Positions 9,177 to 19,146 of a stretch of DNA of 64,000 bases are shown here, piece by piece. Source of the DNA: Candidatus Latescibacterota bacterium (GTDB lineage: Bacteria; Latescibacterota; UBA2968); the NCBI GenBank assembly GCA_965116885.1, contig OZ220741.1:1760001-1824000 (forward strand), in the 5' to 3' direction. How positions within the stretch are numbered: the first letter of the stretch is position 1; every line of letters starts with the position of its first letter. Under the pieces are notes generated by a model. That model saw only the letters and a program-made list of their open reading frames with translations, had not been told where the DNA came from and did not search any database. Both the position numbers and the translations under genes were made by a program.

Positions 9177-10067
9177 TCACATCAATTTTTTGCGTTTGGC
9201 GAGGTAGTTGAAGAGGGCGGTGTCAAAGGGTTCTGAGGTTTCGAGGAGGACGTAGTCGATCATGGCTTCGCGGCATTCGCGGCGAAAGCGGTTGATGAGG
9301 GTTTCCATGTGGTCGCGGTATTCAGGTGCGAGGTGCCAGGGTTCTGTAGAGATTTGCGTGCCGGATTCGAGATCGACGAAGCGCATTTCCCGGTTGAAGT
9401 CGAGGTCGCGCTCTCGGGGATCCAGGATGTGGAAGACGATGACTTCGTGGTTGCGATGGCGAAAGTGTTTGAGGCCGTTGAGCAGGCGATCTGGATCGTC
9501 AAAGAGGTCGGAGATGACGATGACGAGGCCGCGGCGTACAATGCGTTCGGCCAGTTCGTGAAAGGCGGCGGCGAGGTCGGTGTCGCCGCCTTCGGGGCTG
9601 GTGTTTTGAAGTGTGGTGAGCAGGGTGTGCAAATGACTGGTGACGGAGCGGGGCGGCAGATATGTGCGTATGCGGTCGTCAAAGGCGATTAATCCGACGG
9701 CGTCTCGCTGGCGCAACATGAGGTGGGATAGAGCGGCGGCGGTATAAGATGCGTATTGGAATTTGGTGATGGCGTCCGAGGCATAGGCCATTGAGGCACT
9801 GGCGTCTATGAGGAGATGGGCTTTGAGGTTGGTTTCTTCTTCGTATTGTTTGACGTAGAGGCGGTCGGTTTTGCCGAATACTTTCCAGTCCAGGTCGCGC
9901 AGTGAGTCCCCCGGCATGTATTGACGGTATTCGGAGAATTCGACGGAGAAGCCGTGATAGGGGCTTTGATGCAGGCCGGTGATAAATCCCTCAACGACCA
10001 TGCGGGCGATCAGGTCCAGGCGCGCGAGCCGGGAGACGACTTCGGGTTTGAGATATTCCTGGTTCAT
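9177..10067 (-). CDS. DUF58 domain protein (MoxR-associated, vWA-like)
   Basis: GLHQSPYHGFSVEFSEYRQYMPGDSLRDLDWK, DASASM, VISDL motifs; start reassigned to MNQEYL. Confidence 0.92.
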   Translation of the reverse strand: MNQEYLKPEVVSRLARLDLIARMVVEGFITGLHQSPYHGFSVEFSEYRQYMPGDSLRDLDWKVFGKTDRLYVKQYEEETNLKAHLLIDASASMAYASDAITKFQYASYTAAALSHLMLRQRDAVGLIAFDDRIRTYLPPRSVTSHLHTLLTTLQNTSPEGGDTDLAAAFHELAERIVRRGLVIVISDLFDDPDRLLNGLKHFRHRNHEVIVFHILDPRERDLDFNREMRFVDLESGTQISTEPWHLAPEYRDHMETLINRFRRECREAMIDYVLLETSEPFDTALFNYLAKRKKLM

Positions 10068-10069
10068 CC

Positions 10070-11236
10070 CTAAAAGCCCGCGGCGAGGATGATCCAACCC
10101 GCAACGGCTCCACCGACGACCAGCCATACTGCGCCGACTCCGCGCCACAATATCAGAATGGATGCGATGCCTGCGATTGCCATTTTGGGTATTGAATCAA
10201 GGGTTAGGTAGCCCAGTTCTATTGTTACAGCGGCCATCAATCCCACAGCACAGACATTTACGGCGTCGAGGAATGACGCCACCCATTCAGATTCTCGCAG
10301 CCGGGGCAAGAGGGGGTTCAGGGCAGCGACAAATACAAAGGAGGGTAGGAAGATCGCGCCAGCAGCGACGAGGGCGCCCGACAATTTGCCGCCGGTGACG
10401 AGATAACCGATAAAGGCTGCGGTCGATAATACGGGTCCGGGTGTGAACTGACCGATGGCAATGGCTTCCAGCAATTGTTCCTGGGTCAGCCAGGCATATC
10501 CGAGCACGAGTTCTTCTTCGAGAAATGCAATGAGTAAGTATCCGCTGCCGTAGAGGATTGCGCCAATTTTTAGGAAGAATAGGCCCAGTGCCCACAGAGT
10601 TGGTCCTGCGGATACTGCGCCTTGACTTGCCAGTATTGTAAATCCTGTGCCTGCTATAGGCGCAATTACAGCTGCGTGTTCGCGATCTCTGGAGCGGGTC
10701 ATTCTCAGCCAGAACATTCCGATGATTCCGCCGCCGATCAGTGCGAGTACGCCGCTAAATTGTGTGAGGGCTACGAGCATGACAGCCAGGCCCAGAAAGC
10801 TCAATCGCCAGCCTTTTACGGCTTTTTGACCCAGTCGCCACAGCGCGCCCAGGATGACGGCGAGTACCGCTGGTTTGATGCCGTAGAGCAGGTCGGCAAC
10901 CTCTGGGATAGCGCCATACGTCATGTAGGCCCAGGCGAGGATTGTGGTCAATGTGACGGCGGGAAATATAAAACACAGGCCAGCGAGCAATAGACCGGGC
11001 CAACCGCCGCGCAAGAATCCCAGGTGTATCGCCATTTCCGTCGAGTTTGGTCCGGGGATAATGCTGGTTACGCCGACGAGGTCTAAGAATCGCTCGCGCG
11101 ATAGCCACGCGCGCTTTTCAACGACTTCGTCTTCCATCAGGGCGATGTGTGCTGCGGGTCCACCAAAACCTATTACACCGAGTTTAAAAAATAATGCCGC
11201 TACTTCGCGCAGTCGTCCGCGTTTTTTGTTTTCCAT
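10070..11236 (-). CDS. chrA: Chromate efflux transporter (CHR family)
   Basis: GFGGPAAHIA, PGPNSTE and second-half TPGP motifs. Confidence 0.92.
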   Translation of the reverse strand: MENKKRGRLREVAALFFKLGVIGFGGPAAHIALMEDEVVEKRAWLSRERFLDLVGVTSIIPGPNSTEMAIHLGFLRGGWPGLLLAGLCFIFPAVTLTTILAWAYMTYGAIPEVADLLYGIKPAVLAVILGALWRLGQKAVKGWRLSFLGLAVMLVALTQFSGVLALIGGGIIGMFWLRMTRSRDREHAAVIAPIAGTGFTILASQGAVSAGPTLWALGLFFLKIGAILYGSGYLLIAFLEEELVLGYAWLTQEQLLEAIAIGQFTPGPVLSTAAFIGYLVTGGKLSGALVAAGAIFLPSFVFVAALNPLLPRLRESEWVASFLDAVNVCAVGLMAAVTIELGYLTLDSIPKMAIAGIASILILWRGVGAVWLVVGGAVAGWIILAAGF

Positions 11237-11241
11237 ATAAT

Positions 11242-12609
11242 TTACCTCTGTATATCATTCACAACTTCACCAAGTATCTGTAAGCCATCTTCAAGCGCGT
11301 CTTGTTCAATGGTCAATGGCGGAGAGATTTTTACGGTTTGTCCCCACGCGCCCACAGGGGCAAAGAATAGCAGTCCTTTGTGAAAACATCGCAGTACAAT
11401 TTCATACGCCAGGTCCGGATCGGGTTCTTTTTGTCCGGCTTTTACCATTTGTACACCGCCTACGAGTCCTTTGCAGGTTACGTGCCCGACCACGTCGGGA
11501 TGTGCGGCCTGGATTTTTTTGATTCCGTTCGCTAATACGGGTTCGAGTCGCGCTGCATTGCCGGTTAGGTCATCGTTTACGATTTTTTTCAGGCTGGCGA
11601 GTGCCGCTGCACAACAGACGGGGTTGCCCGTGTGGGTGCTGGTCATTGATCCGGGAGGGTATGAGTCCATGACTTCGGTTCTGCCGATTACGCCCGATAG
11701 TGGCAAGGAACTGCTTACGCCTTTGCCAAAGCATATCAGGTCGGGGGTTACGCCGTAGTGCTCAAATCCCCACATTTTACCTGTGCGACCAAATCCCGCC
11801 TGTACTTCGTCAAAGATTAAGAGGGCACCGTGTGCTTTGCACCATTCAGATAGTGCCTGTACGTACGCTACGGGCGCGAAATCGGGTCCCACACCCTGAT
11901 ATGTTTCGAGCATGACGCCGCATACGTCGTCTGCATTTAGTCCTTTGTCTTTGATTGTAGAGCAGAAAAAATCGAAATCCACGTTTTCTGTCCAATATCC
12001 GTCGGGAAAGGGCACCTGTACGATGGCGGGGTCTTCGTTGCCGATCCAATCTTTTTGCCCGGGCATTCCGCCGACTTGCTGGGCGCCCATTGTGCGTCCG
12101 TGAAATCCGCGTTCAAATCCCACAAAGCCGATTTTCTTTTTTCCTCCGGTTGTAATGCCATGCGTTCGCGCGAGTTTTAAGGCGTTTTCTGTGCTTTCAG
12201 ATCCGGTTGTTAAAAGAAAAACTTTGTCTAACCCTTCTGGTGCCAGGTCCGCCAAAAATTCGACGAGTTGCGCCCGTTCCTCGCTCGGGAATACGTAGTT
12301 GTGTAGTAGTCCGGTGCCTACCTGATCCACGATTGCACGCCGGACTTCGGGCATGCCGTGTCCGGCATTGGTGACGAGTACGCCCGAGCTCCAGTCGAGC
12401 CACATGTTGCCGTATTTGTCATAGACCTGACAATCTTCTGCGCGATCCCATACTATGGGCGGTTGTCCGCGCATGGAGATGGGTTCTACCCGGTGTAGCG
12501 TTTCCAAAGTTGCTACCGAGTCTGGGTGGGGTACAGGGGTCACGATGCGGCGATATTTTGTATCGACTTTTGGTACGTTAACAGGGGTGATGTCAAATTC
12601 TTTTCCCAT
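11242..12609 (-). CDS. Class III PLP-dependent aminotransferase
   Basis: TGSESTENALK, FHGRT, DEVQAGFGRTG, FGKG motifs. Confidence 0.92.
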   Translation of the reverse strand: MGKEFDITPVNVPKVDTKYRRIVTPVPHPDSVATLETLHRVEPISMRGQPPIVWDRAEDCQVYDKYGNMWLDWSSGVLVTNAGHGMPEVRRAIVDQVGTGLLHNYVFPSEERAQLVEFLADLAPEGLDKVFLLTTGSESTENALKLARTHGITTGGKKKIGFVGFERGFHGRTMGAQQVGGMPGQKDWIGNEDPAIVQVPFPDGYWTENVDFDFFCSTIKDKGLNADDVCGVMLETYQGVGPDFAPVAYVQALSEWCKAHGALLIFDEVQAGFGRTGKMWGFEHYGVTPDLICFGKGVSSSLPLSGVIGRTEVMDSYPPGSMTSTHTGNPVCCAAALASLKKIVNDDLTGNAARLEPVLANGIKKIQAAHPDVVGHVTCKGLVGGVQMVKAGQKEPDPDLAYEIVLRCFHKGLLFFAPVGAWGQTVKISPPLTIEQDALEDGLQILGEVVNDIQR

Positions 12610-13904
12610 TACACTGGCCTATCGTATATTTTTTCAAATACTGCGTCGGGTCCGTCAGATGCGCGGTTGGGATCGACGATGGTGATGCCGTCTGCGCCGA
12701 ATTGCGCTGTGACTGTGGCGCCTTTGCCTTCGCGCATGTATTCAAAATTGCGGTCGCGGACGATGCGCGCGGCATCTACGATTGCCGTGGTGATTCGGCC
12801 GTCTTCAGCGGTGGGATAGATTTCTTTTACGTCTGATAGGGTTTCGCCCAGGAATTCGATGCGGCATATTGCGACGAGTGCCACGATGATGCTGTCTGTG
12901 CCATATCCCACATAGACTTCTGAGCCGTCGGGGCGTTTGACGTTGCGCGTGAAGTGGTTGTTTGAACTCTGGCTGCCGCCGTCTGCGTACCAGAATCGAA
13001 ATCCGCGATATTGCTGGTCGGATTCCACTTTGCCGTCGGTGCCGACGATTTCGTGTCCCTGATTGACGGGTCCTTCAAAGTCATCGGGTGTGATCCAGTT
13101 GTTGTGGAAGTAAATGCTCATGCCGTTGTCGAAATCCACGCGTACCTGGACGGCGTCATAGGCGTCGATCCCATCGCGTATGAGGCGTTTTTTTTGTCCC
13201 ACGGCTGTGAGGGATACGGGTTTGCTGCGGTAGTAGTTGTAAAATAGATCGACCCAGTGGGGTCCCACATAGGAGAAGGGGTCGCTTTCTTCTGCCCATT
13301 TAAATGTGCTGGTGGATACTTCGAGCGGCTCTTCCAGCATGGCGAGCCCGTAAATGGGGTCGCCGATGCGATTGGCGATGTCGTGCTCGATGCGCATGTG
13401 ATCCGGGTCGTAGCGTTTGTGCATATCTACCGCACATACCAGTCCTTTTTCATTGGCGAGTTCGATCATTTCGTCGGCTTCGTGGACCGATAAACACATC
13501 GGTTTTTCGGTGATGACATGGGTACCGTTGTTCAGTGCTGCCAGTACCACGGGCGTGTGCAGGTTGTCGGGTGTGGCGACGGCCATGACGTCGAGGTCCG
13601 GAAAGTCGCGCAAGACATCTTCCCAGGGTGTTTCGCCCCAGTAGGGTGCGGGCGCGTGTCCGGTCCATTGTTCAAAGTTGGTTTTTGCGCGTTGTGCGGA
13701 TGCTTCGCTGCGGGTGGCTACTGCAACGAGATCAAATTCGATGTCTGCAAGGTCGCGCGCCCAGGCGTCGAGTCCGACTCGTCCCATCAGGCCACTGATG
13801 CCGTTGCGCTGCAGATCCGCAAAGGCCCGGGCGTGAACATCGCCGCCAAACATCCCGGCGCCAATTAATGCTATTGTTACTTTTCTTGCCATTAAATACT
13901 CCAT
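12609..13904 (-). CDS. Gfo/Idh/MocA family oxidoreductase
   Basis: IGAGMFG Rossmann motif, ATPDNLH, EKP; start may be 13892. Confidence 0.9.
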   Translation of the reverse strand: MEYLMARKVTIALIGAGMFGGDVHARAFADLQRNGISGLMGRVGLDAWARDLADIEFDLVAVATRSEASAQRAKTNFEQWTGHAPAPYWGETPWEDVLRDFPDLDVMAVATPDNLHTPVVLAALNNGTHVITEKPMCLSVHEADEMIELANEKGLVCAVDMHKRYDPDHMRIEHDIANRIGDPIYGLAMLEEPLEVSTSTFKWAEESDPFSYVGPHWVDLFYNYYRSKPVSLTAVGQKKRLIRDGIDAYDAVQVRVDFDNGMSIYFHNNWITPDDFEGPVNQGHEIVGTDGKVESDQQYRGFRFWYADGGSQSSNNHFTRNVKRPDGSEVYVGYGTDSIIVALVAICRIEFLGETLSDVKEIYPTAEDGRITTAIVDAARIVRDRNFEYMREGKGATVTAQFGADGITIVDPNRASDGPDAVFEKIYDRPV

Positions 13905-14110
13905 TCTGGATCAGGTGTACACCATTCTACAGGATTTACGGGTCGCTAATTTACAAAGAGATTGATAAAATTCAATAGGAAAGATGTACAACGGCAATAG
14001 CAGTTTACAAAAATGCAAGGTTGTGATACAGGTTTGAAATCCGTGTAATATTGGGTATCTTTGAAAAGGTAAAAAAATTCTGGCTCACATTGAAACCAAA
14101 GGAATAAAAA

Positions 14111-14362
14111 ATGCAGATGATTCAGATTGAAGTGCCAGAAGAGATCTTTCTGTCCTTAAAAGAGACACCTGAAGAATTTACCCAAGAGGTCCGCATGGCC
14201 GCCGCGGCCAAGCTCTATGAAATGGGTAAGATGTCTTCCGGGCATGCGGCTGAATTCGCTGGCATGTCGCGCATTCAGTTTCTCCAAAATATGGGTCACT
14301 ACGGCGTGTCTGTATTTGATATGACCTCTGAAGAATTAGAACAGGATCTCCAAAATGCCTGA
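14111..14362 (+). CDS. UPF0175 family protein (putative antitoxin)
   Basis: AAKLYEMGKMSSGHAAEFAGMSRIQF; overlaps downstream PIN gene. Confidence 0.88.
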   Translation: MQMIQIEVPEEIFLSLKETPEEFTQEVRMAAAAKLYEMGKMSSGHAAEFAGMSRIQFLQNMGHYGVSVFDMTSEELEQDLQNA

Positions 14363-14840
14363 GGTCGTGATCAGCAATACATCGCCGATCTTTTACCTCC
14401 ATCGACTTCGTCTTCTCGATCTGCTTCAAGAACTCTATCAGAAGATTATTGTTCCAAAAGCAGTGGTAACAGAATTGGAGACAGGACGCAGACAAGGCGA
14501 AGATGTGCCAGAGATAGATAATTATGAATGGATTGAAACCCGAGCCATTCGATCACCTCAAATTCTGGGGTTGAGTACAGACTTTGGCTCAGGTGAAGCG
14601 GAGGTGTTGGCTTTAGCATTAGAAGAATCGGATAGTCTGGTTATTATTGATGAAAAACTCGCAAGAAAAATAGCTCGCCTGCGAGGTTTGCGTGTAACAG
14701 GTACAGCAGGTGTATTACTCAAAGCCAAACAAGAAGGTTATATCTCGGCGGTAAAACCCTTTCTCGATCAATTGCAAGAGATGCAATTTCATCTCAGCGA
14801 TAATGTGAGGACTCTAATTTTGAGTAAAGCCGAAGAATAA
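14355..14840 (+). CDS. DUF3368 PIN-domain protein (putative toxin)
   Basis: VISNTSP, GEAEVLAL, IIDE...AR, GTAGVL motifs. Confidence 0.88.
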   Translation: MPEVVISNTSPIFYLHRLRLLDLLQELYQKIIVPKAVVTELETGRRQGEDVPEIDNYEWIETRAIRSPQILGLSTDFGSGEAEVLALALEESDSLVIIDEKLARKIARLRGLRVTGTAGVLLKAKQEGYISAVKPFLDQLQEMQFHLSDNVRTLILSKAEE

Positions 14841-14875
14841 CGAGTTCTCAAGAGTTATGACATATTGTTTCTTTG

Positions 14876-14910
14876 AAGGCTACGAGTTTAATAGTAGCCT
14901 TTTTTGTTTT
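14876..14910 (+). terminator. Intrinsic terminator between convergent genes
   Basis: AAGGCTAC / GTAGCCTT stem followed by T-run. Confidence 0.7.
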
Positions 14911-15690
14911 TTAGATATGGGTACGTAAAAACGACAGATCAGCCTTTGCCGCTGTCCAGAGGTCGTCCATATTTTCTCCGGGTTCGCGGGTTCCTTTGGA
15001 GAATTCGACGGTGATCGAGCCAGAGAATTTGTATTCTGCCATCATATCCAGTGCTGTCTGGGCGCGTTCGGGATGGTCGTGAAGCAACTGGACATTGCTG
15101 TTTTCGTCGCGCAATTGGGTGTGTGCGTGGGTGACTTTGGGTCCGAAGAGGTCAAACCATCGCTTTAAGATATCCATTTCGGGGATGAAGCAGTGTACGA
15201 TGATTTCCCAGCCTTCGATGCTCAGGTCGTCGAAGAATGCTCTGGCTGCATCGGGGTCTTCTACTATTGTGCCCGGGTGGCATTCGCAGAGCAGTGTACA
15301 GGTTTGTGGGACTTGTTCGCGCCAGGCGCGCAGGTTGTTCAAATAGGTTTCGCGCAGGGCAGGGTCTTTGCCTACGTTGAATTTTACACCGGCTGAGCCG
15401 AATAGGCCGATCATTTCTGCTGCGTTTTGCCGCGCATCGGCATCGTTGTCGTCAAAGTCGCAATACGTGTTGTAGATGGTTGCGGGGAAATTGGAGGATA
15501 GCAATTTTTCGCGTTCGGCGTCTGAACACAGTGTGGCGTGATATTCCCAGAGTTCCATTCCATCAAATCCGGCTTTCCGAAAGCGGTCAGTCCAGTCGCT
15601 TACTTCGTAGGTCGGTGTTTTGGGATCGCCCCAGCGGTTGAGGTCCAGGAGTATGGAGCCGATTAAAATTTCTCCATTGCGATTTGACAT
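14911..15690 (-). CDS. Sugar phosphate isomerase/epimerase (xylose-isomerase-like TIM barrel)
   Basis: GFDGMELW, ECHPGT, terminal TVEF motifs. Confidence 0.8.
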   Translation of the reverse strand: MSNRNGEILIGSILLDLNRWGDPKTPTYEVSDWTDRFRKAGFDGMELWEYHATLCSDAEREKLLSSNFPATIYNTYCDFDDNDADARQNAAEMIGLFGSAGVKFNVGKDPALRETYLNNLRAWREQVPQTCTLLCECHPGTIVEDPDAARAFFDDLSIEGWEIIVHCFIPEMDILKRWFDLFGPKVTHAHTQLRDENSNVQLLHDHPERAQTALDMMAEYKFSGSITVEFSKGTREPGENMDDLWTAAKADLSFLRTHI

Positions 15691-15703
15691 GTTATATCTC
15701 CAG

Positions 15704-16570
15704 TTATTTGTTCCAATTTCTCATCAACTTGCGCCAGACTTTTATGATCTCGTTCTTTTCCCGGATGGCATCCTCCCAGATGTCGGGAAAACAGGCGAGC
15801 GCGTATCCAGAGCCTTGTGGTCCCAGTTCGGGGACGATATGGAGTATTTTGCCCGGTTTTGCGCCCTGTAACCACGCTTCGAGGGCGGGTTCGAGGTAAT
15901 TCGTCAACCAGATTTTGAAATCGCGATCCAATCGCCCTTTGCCATTTGTCACCGGGGTCTGGCAATGGCTGCCCGTAAAGGGGCGAAAATGGATGAGTTC
16001 GTGCATTTGCAAGAGGTCGGTGCGTTCAGACAAGCGCTCCCAGTATTCGTGCGGGCGGAGTTGTTTGATGATTGCCGGATGCGAGTGGTCGAAGTTCATT
16101 CGCAATTTCTTTTTGTGTTTTTTTCGGTATGCATCGGCGAGTGCAAAGGCCTTTTCCGGTGTTTCTGTGCATGTGTCGCGATGGATCTCGATTGCGGGTT
16201 TGACTTTGTGCTTTTTTCCGGCTTTGACGACTGCTCGCGCGACTTTTACCGCAGCTTTTGTTTTTGTGTCGTGATCGCACAATTGTACGTTGATGTGAAC
16301 CACGCCTATGTCGGCAAATGCTTTCATTTTTGCATCGGCTTCTTTTTTGCTGCCCACATCTACTCCGCCTACCATTTCCAATCCCTGTTTGTGCAGTTCC
16401 GAGGCTAACTCGGCATCGGCTCCAGCCGACATGCCGTGAAATCCCGCTTCTTTCACTTTTCGCACTTTGGTCTGAATTGTCCAGGGATTTCTTGCAGATG
16501 GATAATCTCTCAATGACCAGTCTGCTGCCATGATTTTAATTTTTGGTTTTTGAACGGGTTTTTTTGCCAT
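15704..16570 (-). CDS. Xylose-isomerase-like TIM barrel protein
   Basis: EIHRDT, DHSH, PELGP motifs; start reassigned to MAKKP. Confidence 0.78.
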   Translation of the reverse strand: MAKKPVQKPKIKIMAADWSLRDYPSARNPWTIQTKVRKVKEAGFHGMSAGADAELASELHKQGLEMVGGVDVGSKKEADAKMKAFADIGVVHINVQLCDHDTKTKAAVKVARAVVKAGKKHKVKPAIEIHRDTCTETPEKAFALADAYRKKHKKKLRMNFDHSHPAIIKQLRPHEYWERLSERTDLLQMHELIHFRPFTGSHCQTPVTNGKGRLDRDFKIWLTNYLEPALEAWLQGAKPGKILHIVPELGPQGSGYALACFPDIWEDAIREKNEIIKVWRKLMRNWNK

Positions 16571-16598
16571 GTCATACCTCCGCGACGATGATTTGTTT

Positions 16599-18056
16599 TT
16601 ACATGGGTCCAATGCGTTCAGGACCTCTGTCCATTGCGAGCATTGACGCATCAAAGCTGCGTTGCATTAAGTCGAGTTTTACATCCGCATGATCGGGACT
16701 GTCCCAAAGATTGTCAAATTCGTCTGGATCCTCTCGTAAGTCGTAGAGTTCGCCCAGGCCGTGTCCGTGATAGACCACGAGTTTGTACCGTCGGTTGCGA
16801 TACATTGTGGCAAATGTTCCGTCGGCTTGATCGAGTGCATCGTAATATTCACAGCGCACAAAATCGCGGTGTTCGTCGGGGGGTTGATCCCCGCTGAGCA
16901 GGGGCAATAGAGGATGCGGTTGCATGCGCTCGGGCACTTCTATACCAGCGAGTTCCAACAAGAGGGGGGCTATGTCGCGCAATTCGACGAGGGCATCGCT
17001 TTTTTGTTCCGATTTTACGTGACCAGGCCATGAGAAAATGAGTGGTACGCGCACCAGTCCTTCGTAAAAACGACATCCCTTTTGGATCAGTCCGTGGTCT
17101 CCCAGGGTTTCGCCGTGGTCGCTGGTAAAGATAATCAATGTGTTGTCGCGCTGTCCAGTTTCTTCCAATGCGGCTATTATGCGCCCGAGTTGGTCGTCGA
17201 TCAGTTTGATCATGGCGTAATAGGCGGCGATCAGGGTTTTTGCATCGCGTTTTCCGGCTGACTCAGATTCGTGCAATCCGCGCGTCGGTGTTCTGGGGAT
17301 CACGGGGCTTCTGATATCTAATTCATCGGGATGCTGGCCCTTGGACTGGAAGTCGATGGCTTCCAATTTTTCTTGCTGCGCGAGGTCGCTTTCTCGAAAT
17401 AGCGGGCCGTTTACCTGTTCGGGATGGAACATTTCGCGGTACGTTTTGGGTGGGTTAAATGGCGGATGTGGGTCGTAGATGTTCACAGAGGCCAACCAGG
17501 GTCCATCGCGCTGTTCGCTCAAAAATTCGATGGTTTTTTCTGCACACCAGGTGGTCTGGTGCAGTTCTGCGGGTACGCCGTCGGGACTTTTGATGAGTTC
17601 GCCCAATATCTCGCCTTTTGATCGTACCCAGTCGGCATAATCGTGTCCGGTTTTCCAGTCGTCCCGGGGCGCGTGGCTGTATTGCCAGTAGCGGTATCCG
17701 TCATCTGTTCTTTTTTCTATGCGTCCATGCGCGCTCGATAAGTGCAATTTGCCGATTAGTCCGCAGTCGTATCCGTTGTCTGCGAGTATTTTGGTGACCA
17801 GGGGTGGCGCGTCTGGGAAATGCGAGTTGCCATTGCCGTTTACGTGTACGGCGCTGGCGTATTGTCCGGTCAAAAAACTCGTCCGGCTCGGTGTGCAGAT
17901 CGGACTCTGGCAATACGCATGGGTAAATGCAAATCCTTCGGCGATCAGGCGGTCGATATTGGGGGTATCTACATGGGGATTGCCCAATGCGCCGATGGTG
18001 TCATATCGCTGCTGGTCTGTGCAGATCCACAAGATGTTTGGTTTTGTTCCTTTCAT
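16599..18056 (-). CDS. Sulfatase (Cys-type formylglycine)
   Basis: PNILWICTDQQR, CTPSR signature, GKLH, SDHG. Confidence 0.93.
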   Translation of the reverse strand: MKGTKPNILWICTDQQRYDTIGALGNPHVDTPNIDRLIAEGFAFTHAYCQSPICTPSRTSFLTGQYASAVHVNGNGNSHFPDAPPLVTKILADNGYDCGLIGKLHLSSAHGRIEKRTDDGYRYWQYSHAPRDDWKTGHDYADWVRSKGEILGELIKSPDGVPAELHQTTWCAEKTIEFLSEQRDGPWLASVNIYDPHPPFNPPKTYREMFHPEQVNGPLFRESDLAQQEKLEAIDFQSKGQHPDELDIRSPVIPRTPTRGLHESESAGKRDAKTLIAAYYAMIKLIDDQLGRIIAALEETGQRDNTLIIFTSDHGETLGDHGLIQKGCRFYEGLVRVPLIFSWPGHVKSEQKSDALVELRDIAPLLLELAGIEVPERMQPHPLLPLLSGDQPPDEHRDFVRCEYYDALDQADGTFATMYRNRRYKLVVYHGHGLGELYDLREDPDEFDNLWDSPDHADVKLDLMQRSFDASMLAMDRGPERIGPM

Positions 18057-18075
18057 GAATGCTCCTTGATCTAAC

Positions 18076-18102
18076 GGGCGGGCACAGGGGCACCGCCCCT
18101 AC
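18076..18102 (-). repeat. GTAG-type REP palindrome
   Basis: Reverse complement of GTAGGGGCGGTGCCCCTGTGCCCGCCC, identical to copies at 42692 and 45254. Confidence 0.8.
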
Positions 18103-18950
18103 TCCTGATGAGACGCACAATCTACTAACTTCACACCGTCTTTCATCCATTCGCGCAGGCGCGTTGTGTCATTCACGGCTCGCAATGCGATGTTTCGCGA
18201 TGCCTGATGGAGATCTAATTTGCGGATTATGATCTCGTCGGTGAATATGCCGGCTTCGACCATGACGTTGCCATTTGGATGGATGATTTTTGATTCGCCG
18301 TGGGAAGATCCCGCGCGGTTGATATCCGTGGGGTCGGCGGGAGCGTTTGCCATGACGACGTAAATGTCATTTTCGGTTGCGCGACTGATGGGCATGGCGC
18401 GATAGGCCGACAATTTGTGCTCTGATGTGACAGAGCTTTCACAACTGGCGAAGAAGCAGATTTTTGCACCGGCCGCAGCGGGCAATCTCACGAGTTCGGG
18501 ATATCGGATGTCGTGGCAGATTAAAAAACAACAGGGTACGCCGCACAGGTGATAAATGGGCAGGTGTTGCGCGGGTTCACACCATTTTTCTCCCGCCAGA
18601 TGTATTTTGCCATAGCGTCCCTTTACGGTGCCATCGCGGTCTATGACGAGCAGGCTGTTGTAGCGGTGTCCGTTTTCGAGATGTGTTGAGCCGACGATTG
18701 CGGCAATGCCTTTTTCACGGCATACCTGTATGATTTGTCGTTCGGCTTTTTCAATGCGCGTTTGATCGAGGTTTGACCAGAAGTCGGGGCAGCTGGTATA
18801 GCCGTATAAAACCCCTTCGTGAAATGCAGCTATATCCACTTTTTCACGCGCACAGGTGTTCAGACGGTCGATAATCTCACATGTGTTTTTTTCGATATTC
18901 TCATCGGCATGCATTTGACATGCGGCAACGCGCAACGATTTTTTGGACAT
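18099..18950 (-). CDS. Carbon-nitrogen hydrolase (nitrilase superfamily)
   Basis: FHE, YGKIHL, ICHDIRYPE (Glu-Lys-Cys triad). Confidence 0.9.
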   Translation of the reverse strand: MSKKSLRVAACQMHADENIEKNTCEIIDRLNTCAREKVDIAAFHEGVLYGYTSCPDFWSNLDQTRIEKAERQIIQVCREKGIAAIVGSTHLENGHRYNSLLVIDRDGTVKGRYGKIHLAGEKWCEPAQHLPIYHLCGVPCCFLICHDIRYPELVRLPAAAGAKICFFASCESSVTSEHKLSAYRAMPISRATENDIYVVMANAPADPTDINRAGSSHGESKIIHPNGNVMVEAGIFTDEIIIRKLDLHQASRNIALRAVNDTTRLREWMKDGVKLVDCASHQE

Positions 18951-19095
18951 GTTTTCCTCCGATCGATGGTCAGGCGCGAAATATAATGACTATTTTTTAA
19001 AAATGAAGGAATTTTTGGGCACGGAGTAATATTTGGTTTGGCGTGTTTTGTGTGATATATTGTGGCGTGTGGGAAGGGTTAGGGGCTGGGGTATC

Positions 19096-19133
19096 ATCCT
19101 GCTCATCCTTCCATCCTGCTCATCCTGATCCAG
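19096..19133. repeat. ATCCTG-based short intergenic repeat
   Basis: ATCCTGCTC-ATCCTTCC-ATCCTGCTC-ATCCTGATCC; related sequence at about 34736-34768. Confidence 0.5.
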
Positions 19134-19146
19134 AAAGGATTTGTTT